Shown here: one piece after another, positions 18,550 to 27,485 of the stretch
Layout: each line of letters begins with the position of its first letter
How positions within the stretch are numbered: position 1 is the first letter of the stretch
DNA from: Candidatus Thorarchaeota archaeon
Lineage (GTDB): Archaea > Asgardarchaeota > Thorarchaeia > Thorarchaeales > Thorarchaeaceae
Direction: 5' to 3'
Assembly: GCA_004524445.1 (NCBI GenBank)
Contig: SDNP01000006.1
Coordinates: forward strand, 36,914-100,913
DNA length: 64,000 bases
The notes under the pieces: generated by a model
The model's input: only the letters and a program-made list of their open reading frames with translations
The model's database searches: none
What the model was told of the DNA's origin: nothing
Made by a program: the position numbers and the translations under genes

Positions 18550-18879
18550 CTAGAATATGTGTCTGATTTTCATGAGGTCGGACGCAGATCCTTTGACCTT
18601 AAGCTTGCGCCTTAGCAGCGCTGATGCGGCGCTCATCTCTTCGAGAAAGAGCTTCCTGATTGTTTCTTCATCACTTTGGATTTTCATGTCCGGATCTTCG
18701 ACGGGCCCATCTTCAACTTCTATTGTGTTATCCGCAACAACGAAATGGTATTCTCCACCGTCCTTCAAGCTCAGAAGCGCAGTTCTCTCCCATCCTTCGA
18801 TGGCCTCTTTTGTCTTCTCTCTTTCCAAACCTATTGCAATCCTTTCGCGCATTAAATCAAGTAGGGGTTTATCATTCAT
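18550..18879 (-). CDS. SCP2 sterol/lipid-binding domain protein
   Basis: PDMKIQSDEETIRKLF...ALLRRKLKVKGSASDLMK SCP2 pattern; start placed at MNDKPLL. Confidence 0.82.
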   Translation of the reverse strand: MNDKPLLDLMRERIAIGLEREKTKEAIEGWERTALLSLKDGGEYHFVVADNTIEVEDGPVEDPDMKIQSDEETIRKLFLEEMSAASALLRRKLKVKGSASDLMKIRHIF

Positions 18880-19600
18880 GTTTAGCACACCCGTATACCA
18901 CGATGCCGCCCTGAACCGGATTTTATACCCTTCCCTAGTGGAGCAAAGCCAATCGGCAAAACATGAGCTGGATTCCTTTACTGGTCTATTTGTCGAGTGC
19001 ATTCAACTATAATTTGAAGGAATCCCTGATTGCACAAAATCAAATCTATTCCTTTCTAAATACCACAAGTTCGAGCAATATGAGCACTAGTGAAAAAAAA
19101 TCACTGTTGTGGAGAACACATCCCAAAGTGGTGTATTGGAGGAGATCATTCTTACTCCTATTTGCCCTATAATGAACAATGAAATCCTTGATAGGAATGT
19201 AACCCAAAAGAACGAAGTCCGCTGTTTCAAAGAATGCAAGAATGACCTCAATACTAGATGTGGTAGTTCATTATTCGAAGCGAGTAATACTCATTTCTAA
19301 ATCCTAGATGTCTAAAGGCTCCATGTGAACGGAGACAAACTGACTCATTGATTCTATAGACACAAAAACACAACCCCCCTTCCGATATCGTTGGTTTGTC
19401 TACGTTCTTTTCCCGAATTGCCAGGTTTCATAATACTTTCAAGCATGAGCTGAAATATTTCTTACTGCAGTTGTTCATAGGTCCGTTCTATGGTTGGATA
19501 TAACTACACTGCAGAATTGAACGGGCAGGAAATATATGTGCTAGACCCATCCTCATCTACGTTTCAGGGGTTTTGAGTTCGAAAAGAATGAGGGATTTAA

Positions 19601-20122
19601 ATGAATAAGAAAATGGCCATTTTAGTTCTTGTGATTATCATAATCGCCATCTTAGCTGGATCTTGGTTCTTGCTGGTTGTAATTCCTGGAATTAGCATTG
19701 GTAGGTGAATAGTTATTGATGGAAATACAGAACTTGATGAAATGGGGTTTTCAGGTAATGGAACTGCTGATAACCCTTACATAATCTCAGATTTCACCAT
19801 TCGCTCGGATATATTGGCTGATCTTGAATGCATCTCGATTTAGGGGACAACCAGATACATAATAATTAGATGTTGCTCTCTAGCAACAAGTCGTGATGCG
19901 GCAGGTATCGATTTGGAAAATGTAGCCAATGTTGTCATTGAGGAATATGCTATATCCGGAGCGGATACTGGGGTAGTAATCTTCGATTCGGATAATCTTA
20001 TAGTAACAAATAACCAAATCTCTGATTGAGAAATGGGCGTCTTTCTCGCTCGATGTACTAACTATGTAGTTGCCAATAATACCTATTCAAACAATTTTGA
20101 TGATGAAATTATTCAAGACTGA
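19601..20122 (+). pseudogene. Secreted NosD/parallel beta-helix protein interrupted by three in-frame stops
   Basis: MNKKMAILVLVIIII signal/TM, GNGTADNPYII motif and beta-helix repeats; stops TGA 19706, TAG 19841 and TGA 20027; no frameshift. Confidence 0.8.
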
Positions 20123-20340
20123 AACGTACAACACGAGTGTTGGGACTTGGTTCCAATGCCATATCTTTTCTTTATATATTGCGAAAGTCGATTATAAATC
20201 AGAAATCCGTAATCAAATTTTCTTGAGAGGGGTTTCTAATTAGGTCAGGAAGTTTATAGGACTTGTATCAAGCTACACCTCTCCACAGGAATGCAGACTT
20301 GACACATGGATTCCGTATGATGGAATAGTTTCCCTCCGAT

Positions 20341-20376
20341 GAAAAGAAAAAAATGAACCCTGCAATTAAATGCAGG
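20341..20376 (-). terminator. Hairpin plus T-run downstream of rubrerythrin
   Basis: CCTGCA/TGCAGG stem followed on the - strand by TTCATTTTTTTCTTTTC. Confidence 0.5.
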
Positions 20377-20390
20377 ATACAGAAATCATG

Positions 20391-20975
20391 TTAGAATTTG
20401 GCCGAATGGATCATGAAATGAGCCTTTGGATGGTCGCAAGCAGGGCATTTCTCAGGAGGATATTTTCCTGTATGTCGGTAGCCGCAGTTTTGACAAATCC
20501 ATTCAGTATCTTCATCCCTAGCAAAGACTCTATCTTTCTCGATATTATCCGCCAGTGCAGTAAAACGTTCATGATGCCAGGTTTCTGCTTTGGCGATATT
20601 CCGCCAGGCTGTCGCAATCTTGGTAAAGCCTTCTTCATCTGCAATATCTGCAAAGCCCGGGTACATTGTGGTAAACTCGTGATGTTCACCATCTGCGGCA
20701 GCTCTTAGATTCTCAACAGTATTGCTGAGAGGACCTGTCGGGAACTCGTAGCCAATCTCTACCCCGTGCCAATCCCCTGCTTCTTGGAGGAATTTGAAGA
20801 AACGCTTTGCGTGTTCCTTTTCGTGATTTGCAGTTTCTTCAAAGGCATTAGCAACTTGTACAAAACCTTCTTTTTTGGCAATCTTGGCAGAGTAGGTATA
20901 CCTGTTGCGTGCCTGCGATTCGCCAGCAAATGACGTTAGCAAGTTCTTTTCTGTTTGAGATCCTTTTATGTCCAT
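20391..20975 (-). CDS. rbr: Rubrerythrin
   Basis: NLLTSFAGESQARNRY, EKEH, ETWH and C-terminal CQNC...CPAC rubredoxin-like site; start placed at MDIKGSQT. Confidence 0.95.
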   Translation of the reverse strand: MDIKGSQTEKNLLTSFAGESQARNRYTYSAKIAKKEGFVQVANAFEETANHEKEHAKRFFKFLQEAGDWHGVEIGYEFPTGPLSNTVENLRAAADGEHHEFTTMYPGFADIADEEGFTKIATAWRNIAKAETWHHERFTALADNIEKDRVFARDEDTEWICQNCGYRHTGKYPPEKCPACDHPKAHFMIHSAKF

Positions 20976-21595
20976 TTTTGAGTCTCCATTTCTTGTAATG
21001 ACATATCTAATTTGGATAGCGAATGGTTTGAAAAAAACTACGGTTTTAAACATGCCCATTGAGGGCGGGGCTCGGCTCTGCACCTGAGAGGCATTCGATA
21101 ATAGTTGCTATTCGTGGATGTCAGGTTTGAACCAGTGCAGATGGCTCAGATAGTGTTCCAGTCTTTGAGGTTGAGCGAAACTAAATTTTGCCGAACTCCT
21201 TTCTCAATCCATATTCTGCCATTGCCACTGGTTCCACAATATCAAGCAGCGATTCTATCATATGGCCGCATAGCTCACCTTCATTTGGAATATACTGAAC
21301 CCTTGTCTTGGCAAATCGTACATTAATGCCAATTTGTTCCGAGTCGTCTTCGATATCATCATACCACGAATTCCCGTGTCTCTTTCTACTACCGTTTCAA
21401 CCAATTCTCCACTGCCCTGTCATTTAGTTACATGATTGTTATGCTCATTTGTAAGGCTCAGACTTTTTGTCAAATACTTCGATAATTAGATTTCAAGTTC
21501 CAAAATTGCACAGAATGACGACCGCCATTTGACAATCATTTTATGCGACCAAGTCTTATAGCTAATGAACGAATGAAAATGGCAGGCAGAAGGCA

Positions 21596-22015
21596 TTGAG
21601 TATAACAAGACAAAGCAGGTTAAAATCGCCATGGTTATTTCACCTTAATACTGGGTCATGCAATGGATGTGATATTGAGATTGTGGCGGCATTAACACCA
21701 ATGTACGATTTAGAGCAACTGGGTTGTGTATTGGTAGGATCACCGCGACATGCTGACGTTTTACTTGTTACAGGACCAATGACTCGCCAAATGGTGAGGA
21801 GGGCTATAACGATTTATGAACAGATTCCTCAACCTAAGGCTGTTGTCGCGATTGGTGCATGTGCATTGTCTACAGGCCCGTTTTTCGGCAGTGACATGGT
21901 TGAAGGACCCGTAGATAGACTCTTGCCAGTTGATGCATATGTTCCGGGATGCCCTCCTAAGCCTGAAGCAATTATTGACGGTGTGTTGAAAGCATTGAAG
22001 AAGAAATATGGATAG
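21596..22015 (+). CDS. Group 4 [NiFe]-hydrogenase small subunit (NuoB/EchC-like)
   Basis: SCNGCDIE, SPRHAD, GAC and PGCPP motifs. Confidence 0.93.
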   Translation: MSITRQSRLKSPWLFHLNTGSCNGCDIEIVAALTPMYDLEQLGCVLVGSPRHADVLLVTGPMTRQMVRRAITIYEQIPQPKAVVAIGACALSTGPFFGSDMVEGPVDRLLPVDAYVPGCPPKPEAIIDGVLKALKKKYG

Positions 22016-22024
22016 GAATGAGTA

Positions 22025-23152
22025 ATGACGACTGCAAATCAAAACACAGAAACTAAGCGGGTTAGGATTCCTGTTGGACCTGTCCATCCTGCCCTAAAAG
22101 AACCGGTTCAGTTTAATATTGTCTTAGATAAAGACCACCTTGGCGAAGTAGACATTCGTGTTGGTTTTGCTCACCGAGGCATAGAGGCATTGGCTGAAAC
22201 CCGGAATCTAATGCAGAACATATTTCTTGCAGAAAGAATATGTGGTATCTGCTCAAATTGCCATGCGATTTCATATGTCCATGGTGTTGAGGAGATAGGT
22301 GGGATTGAAGTACCCGAACGTGCCAAGTACTTGCGTGTACTCATTTCCGAAATGGAACGTATTCAGAGCCATGTCCTATGGCTTGGGATTACAGCTTATG
22401 AGATGGGCTTTGAAACTTTGTTCATGTATGCCTTCAAGCACCGAGAGAAAGTGAATAATCTCTTTGAAGAGATTACTGGGAACAGGATCCATTATGGAAT
22501 GAATACTATTGGAGGAGTTCGATATGACATTGACAAAGAGATTTCGGATAGAATCATTTCATTCCTTGGAGAAATGGAGAAATCAGCACGCTATATGCAA
22601 GATGTTTTTTCGGATAGAACGGCTGTGAAGCGTCTTAAGGGTGTGGGAGTGCTGAGCACTAGTGTTGCTAAAGAACTCAGCTTGGTGGGACCAACTGCAA
22701 GAGCTTCGGGTGTGTCCATTGACGTTCGTAAAGATGACCCATATGCTGCATTTGGAAGCCTACAAGACAGTTTCAGCATAATAACTGCGAGTGAAGGAGA
22801 TAGCCTTGCTCGGGTTCATGTGAGGAATTTAGAATTATTCGAATCAGCTAATCTCATTAGGACAGTCCTAGACGAATTACCAAGTGGTTCCATAGTTGCT
22901 GATGGAAGTGCCCAGAAACGCATGCGAAGCATTCCTGCAGGTGAGGCTGTTTCTCGTGTAGAAGCACCAAGAGGCGAACTAATCCACTATGTGAAAACAG
23001 ATGGAAAGCAAGGAATAGAAAGATTGAAAGTCAGGTCGCCAACACTTGCTAATATCCTCAGCATAAAACCAATGCTTAAGGGCAGCGAGATGGCTGACAT
23101 CCCTGTGATTGTATCTTCGATTGACCCCTGCATTAGCTGTACTGATAGGTAA
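22025..23152 (+). CDS. Group 4 [NiFe]-hydrogenase large subunit
   Basis: L1 RICGICSNCH and L2 DPCISCTDR at the very C-terminus (no cleavable extension). Confidence 0.95.
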   Translation: MTTANQNTETKRVRIPVGPVHPALKEPVQFNIVLDKDHLGEVDIRVGFAHRGIEALAETRNLMQNIFLAERICGICSNCHAISYVHGVEEIGGIEVPERAKYLRVLISEMERIQSHVLWLGITAYEMGFETLFMYAFKHREKVNNLFEEITGNRIHYGMNTIGGVRYDIDKEISDRIISFLGEMEKSARYMQDVFSDRTAVKRLKGVGVLSTSVAKELSLVGPTARASGVSIDVRKDDPYAAFGSLQDSFSIITASEGDSLARVHVRNLELFESANLIRTVLDELPSGSIVADGSAQKRMRSIPAGEAVSRVEAPRGELIHYVKTDGKQGIERLKVRSPTLANILSIKPMLKGSEMADIPVIVSSIDPCISCTDR

Positions 23153-23169
23153 ACGGAGATGTTTAACAG

Positions 23170-24123
23170 ATGGTTGAAGGAGTTATAGCCATAATCATCA
23201 CTGTTCTGCTGATTCCAGCTGTTATTGTTCTCGGATTGCTTTTCGAGGGTATGGATAGAAAACTCCATGCCCGTATGCAAGAAAGAATCGGTCCTCCTCT
23301 TCTTCAACCCATCTACGATTTCATAAAGCTCTTTGGGAAAGAACAACTGGTACCTGAAGAATCAGCATCATTAATCTTTAGCATTACGCCAGTCATTGCC
23401 GCTATTTGTCCCATTATAAGCTCGGTTGTGACTCTATCCGCGGTGATTTTCCGCGTCACCTTCATGGGAGATATCATTCTCATTTTGTATCTTATTAATA
23501 TGCCATCAATCATGTATGCAATTGGGGGCGCATCTTCTGGAAATCCCTATGGCGCAATAGGTTTTTCCCGCTCACTAACAATGATGCTGTCATACGAATT
23601 GATACTAATCATGTCTTTGGTGCTCACGGTTTTTAAAACTGACTTCACATTGGCGAGCTATACAATTATTCAGGTTCAAGAATCCCTAAATACTGCAATG
23701 GTATGTGCATATCCAAGTATGCTATTTGCTGCTGCATCCTTTTTGGTATGTATTCCTGCAGCTGTTGCAGTTGTCCCTTTTGACATTCCTGAGGCAAAAA
23801 CCGAGATTGCACATGGGCCGCTCATCGAGTACACAGGGTCACATCTTGCCTTGATGAAGCTCAGCAAGACCATGCTGGCTTTCAACTTAACCGTCCTATC
23901 CACAATAATATTCTTCAATCATCCGTTGGTCTTTTCTTGGGGTGGTGTATATGTTTCAGTTCTCATTCGACTTCTCATCGCATTCGTTGTTATGTTCTTC
24001 ACTATTACGTTACCCCGTACAATCTTCGCACGGTCAAAACCATATCAAGCATTCAAGTTCTATTGGCATATGCCCTTTATACTCATATTAGTTTCAATCT
24101 TTTTCGTCATGATTGGAATGTAG
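23170..24123 (+). CDS. Hydrogenase membrane subunit (NuoH/EchB-like)
   Basis: RKLHARMQERIGPPLLQPIYDFIKL and PFDIPEAKTEIAHGPLIEYTG motifs. Confidence 0.93.
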   Translation: MVEGVIAIIITVLLIPAVIVLGLLFEGMDRKLHARMQERIGPPLLQPIYDFIKLFGKEQLVPEESASLIFSITPVIAAICPIISSVVTLSAVIFRVTFMGDIILILYLINMPSIMYAIGGASSGNPYGAIGFSRSLTMMLSYELILIMSLVLTVFKTDFTLASYTIIQVQESLNTAMVCAYPSMLFAAASFLVCIPAAVAVVPFDIPEAKTEIAHGPLIEYTGSHLALMKLSKTMLAFNLTVLSTIIFFNHPLVFSWGGVYVSVLIRLLIAFVVMFFTITLPRTIFARSKPYQAFKFYWHMPFILILVSIFFVMIGM

Positions 24124-24471
24124 GTGATGATCCTGAAAATATTACAAATGCTACGTGATTCGATAAATTCGCTCTTGCGCAAGCCTCTTACAATTCCGTG
24201 GGATGCAACCCCTGAAGAGAGAGAACCAGAACCAAAACGTCTTCGTGGGAGGATTGTATACGATATTGATACCTGCATAGGGTGTCTTTTGTGCACGAAA
24301 ATGTGTCCATCAGGTGCCATTCTTGTGAAAGAGGACAAGAAGGTAAGGTTTAAGATAGACCGCTGCTTATTTTGCGGTCAGTGTCGGGATGTTTGCCCAG
24401 TTGATGCGATAGAAATGTCATCAAAGTTTGTGTTGACAACACACGATCGAGAAAACCTCTATGTCGAATGA
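24124..24471 (+). CDS. 2x[4Fe-4S] ferredoxin-like subunit (NuoI/EchF-like)
   Basis: CIGCLLCTKMCP and CLFCGQCRDVCP. Confidence 0.92.
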   Translation: MMILKILQMLRDSINSLLRKPLTIPWDATPEEREPEPKRLRGRIVYDIDTCIGCLLCTKMCPSGAILVKEDKKVRFKIDRCLFCGQCRDVCPVDAIEMSSKFVLTTHDRENLYVE

Positions 24472-24507
24472 ATTTGATATCAACTAACCAAATAGTGAGG
24501 TCTATAA

Positions 24508-24978
24508 TTGAGTCAAGAAACTATAATATTGGTTTTAGAAAACCTTGTATATCACTCAACCGAACACGCTTTTCTGAGCGACCTTTTGGAGGAAAAATAC
24601 GGATTCACGAAAGTTGAAGATGATACACAAGAAGTTTCCAAAGAACAAAAGCCTGTAAAGAAGTCATCCAAACTCGAAGCTGATGACAAAACGATAAGAA
24701 CAGATGTGATAAGGTACTCAAAACATGAAAAGCTGGCAGGTGACTACCTTGACGCAAACATACGGGTTAGTATTCTTGGAGATGTTACCTCAACTCACAC
24801 AATCCTCCAAATCAATTCCGACGAAAAGCAATCTACCTATTCGACTGTGTACCAGACGGTCAGAATTAGTAGCGAAAGTGGCTATGCAATTGAGAAAATG
24901 ATTGACAGGCTGGTTGTCGATTTGGGACTTGTTATTGACAAAAAGAAATGGTCATTTCATCGTGTTAAAGATCTATAG
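24508..24978 (+). CDS. Hypothetical soluble protein at the end of the hydrogenase operon
   Basis: 156-aa ORF co-directional with the hydrogenase genes; no motif recognised. Confidence 0.7.
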   Translation: MSQETIILVLENLVYHSTEHAFLSDLLEEKYGFTKVEDDTQEVSKEQKPVKKSSKLEADDKTIRTDVIRYSKHEKLAGDYLDANIRVSILGDVTSTHTILQINSDEKQSTYSTVYQTVRISSESGYAIEKMIDRLVVDLGLVIDKKKWSFHRVKDL

Positions 24979-25383
24979 ACTGCAAGGATGTCTACAAAGA
25001 TTCATCACTAATCATGCACTGATGGAGCGTTTCGAAATCATCTACATATACCGTTTTCAATGAAACCGCATGAAGGCTATGCATGGAGCGGCTGTAAAGA
25101 ATCTGGATATTAACTGATTATATGCTATGGATTGTCAGCGGATTCCATGCATTCTCGTTTACACTCATGAATGTTTAATGCATTCCATGGCATCATAGAG
25201 CCCGCCTTTTGTTGTTTTCTTATAGGTTCTCAACTCATTCATGTGAAAGTGTGCACAAATTATAGCTAGGCGGCACCTAAGCATTAGATGCAATGCCATG
25301 GACCACCCTGAAAGAATCAAGTGCCAATAATCAATCGATTCTGTTCGAGTTTCTAATACTGCATATCTTTGAAAGCCATTTGC

Positions 25384-26856
25384 TTAAATTATGAACGCCA
25401 GGAACAAATGAGGTATTAGCCCAAACACAATAATGATGCAGGCTGTAATAATCGCAGGAATCCACATTTCCTTAGGGGTTTCTCTCACATCTTTCAGCGC
25501 GTCTTTCAATGTACCTGTAAAAATCGTATGAAAGGACCTGATAAGAAATACAAATGCAAACAACGAGGTTATCATGAGCACCAAGACAACGCTTGCTGCT
25601 AGCATAATGCCTACATTAGTAAGAAGATGCTGATAGATCGCCTCAAAGAGGAACCATTTTGTGAAGAAACCACTCAGGGGAGCAATGCCAGCTAATGACA
25701 GGATCGATATCAGGTATGCTGCTGAAGTGAGTTTCATCCTTTTTCCCAATCCTCCGAGAGATGGCATATCCATAGTACCTGTTGAAATAAGTACGGATCC
25801 CAAGGTTAGAAGTATGCCCAGTTTCATAATTGAAACATTCATCAGATAAAGCTGTCCGACTGCATAGCTGAATGGGGTCAGTACACCAAAGATTATCATA
25901 ATATAACCAAATTCCTCGATGGTGGCATAGGCGACCATTCTCATGAAATTCTTTTGAGCATATGCCATCGATGCACCGAATATGAGAGAGAATGCTCCAA
26001 CGCTTGTCACCAGAATGGGCAAAACTACAGATGGCGAAACGGTATACAAAGTCTGGATCAGCCTGTGCAATGCGATGAACAAGGCTATAGGCTCGGCCGC
26101 AAAGAAACAATTTACAGCAGGTTTTGAGGCGGGGAATGCATCGGGTAACCAGCCATGAAATGGAGCAATCCCGATATCCGCTCCAAGACCAGCAATAAAG
26201 CATATGGCAACGATTACTACAACTGTGGGGCTATCTGCAAGTGGACCAGGATTTGCCAGAATCTCATCAATATTTGAGGCCTGTGTTGTTATGTAGATTA
26301 ACATCGTGCCTAGAATAACGAACAGAGCGCTAATAGCTGTGATAATGAGATACTTGAATGATGCCTCCACTGCTTCCTTTCCTTTGGCATGCAATACCAT
26401 TACTACCGACACTGCAATCACTAGCTCGATGAAAAGAGCCACTGCAAAAATATCGTAGACAAGCATCAATCCCAACATGCAAATTAAGAACATCAAAACG
26501 AAAAAATTGTAGACTTCTGGTTTCAGCCGCCCTCCTTTTTCCGCCTTGATATTGTAAATGGAAGTCAGAAAGAAAATCAGGGCCGTTGCAATTGAGGGTG
26601 CTATATTAGTTGATTCTAATCGCATAGATAACAAAGAGAATTCATAGACCGCTCCAGTAAATAGAATCGGAGCATGATAGATAAGAAGAAGCAAGGTCAA
26701 ACCTGTTCCCAATAGAAGAGAAGGTTTCTCGATCTGCTTGAAGGTTTCTTGAAGACGAGATAACCTAGCAATTCCTACACCAAACACTGCTATCCCCGCT
26801 GGTATGCCAAGGATAATCAAGGGAACAGGTGAAGTCACAGTAAAAGTTGCCTCCAT
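25384..26856 (-). CDS. Antiporter-like subunit (MrpD/NuoM/NuoN-type)
   Basis: APFHGWLPDA, LGGLGKRM and GIAPLSGFFTKW motifs. Confidence 0.9.
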   Translation of the reverse strand: MEATFTVTSPVPLIILGIPAGIAVFGVGIARLSRLQETFKQIEKPSLLLGTGLTLLLLIYHAPILFTGAVYEFSLLSMRLESTNIAPSIATALIFFLTSIYNIKAEKGGRLKPEVYNFFVLMFLICMLGLMLVYDIFAVALFIELVIAVSVVMVLHAKGKEAVEASFKYLIITAISALFVILGTMLIYITTQASNIDEILANPGPLADSPTVVVIVAICFIAGLGADIGIAPFHGWLPDAFPASKPAVNCFFAAEPIALFIALHRLIQTLYTVSPSVVLPILVTSVGAFSLIFGASMAYAQKNFMRMVAYATIEEFGYIMIIFGVLTPFSYAVGQLYLMNVSIMKLGILLTLGSVLISTGTMDMPSLGGLGKRMKLTSAAYLISILSLAGIAPLSGFFTKWFLFEAIYQHLLTNVGIMLAASVVLVLMITSLFAFVFLIRSFHTIFTGTLKDALKDVRETPKEMWIPAIITACIIIVFGLIPHLFLAFII

Positions 26857-27482
26857 TCTGAAATAGATAACACGCCATATTCACGATATCCATGATATAT
26901 GATAAACACCCCTACGAGATTCACCAAATTGACGACAAGAAGCAGAGGTGGGATTATTAATAATGGAGCTTGTTCGAAGAAGGGGAATAATGCCGTTTCA
27001 GCTATGTTGAGCCCTACAAGAACCTTGAATGGATCATCGCGAGTTAGAATAAACACGAAGTCAATAGAGAGTACAAGGATGATAGGTGCGAAGATGATGA
27101 GATGGGCGGGAGTAGACGGATATATCCATAACCAAATAACAGCCTGCCCTGCAATCAAAACGCCAATAATAATACTTGTTTTTTGCATTCCTATCTTGGG
27201 TAATTCAGTTGCGTTCTCGGTTCTAGTGACGCCAACGAATAATATCAAGGGAGCAACAACAGCCGCGAAAAACCACTCTACTAAGGCTGAAGCTACCTTG
27301 ATAACTGTGGCAAAGTCTGCAGTTAGCGAGGTATCAAGGAGAATGGACACAAATGATACCATAGTGACAATCGTAGCTTGCAACGAGAGAAGCATGATTA
27401 GATGTTTTGAGCTGCGAATGTAGCACGCCACTATAGTAAAGAACGCCAAGACAAACATTGCATAGAAGAGCACTGGGTTCAT
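26835..27482 (-). CDS. HyfE-like hydrogenase membrane subunit
   Basis: About 7 TM helices; sits between two antiporter-like genes; KVLVGLNIAE motif. Confidence 0.6.
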   Translation of the reverse strand: MNPVLFYAMFVLAFFTIVACYIRSSKHLIMLLSLQATIVTMVSFVSILLDTSLTADFATVIKVASALVEWFFAAVVAPLILFVGVTRTENATELPKIGMQKTSIIIGVLIAGQAVIWLWIYPSTPAHLIIFAPIILVLSIDFVFILTRDDPFKVLVGLNIAETALFPFFEQAPLLIIPPLLLVVNLVNLVGVFIIYHGYREYGVLSISEWRQLLL

Positions 27483-27485
27483 TAT

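Noticed and set aside
21084-21450. Possible gene remnant between rubrerythrin and the hydrogenase
   Set aside because: Only short open stretches with no recognisable motif.
24979-25383. Recurring CCATG/ATGCAT words between the convergent hydrogenase operons
   Set aside because: Irregular spacing and no constant repeat unit; not a CRISPR array or tandem repeat.
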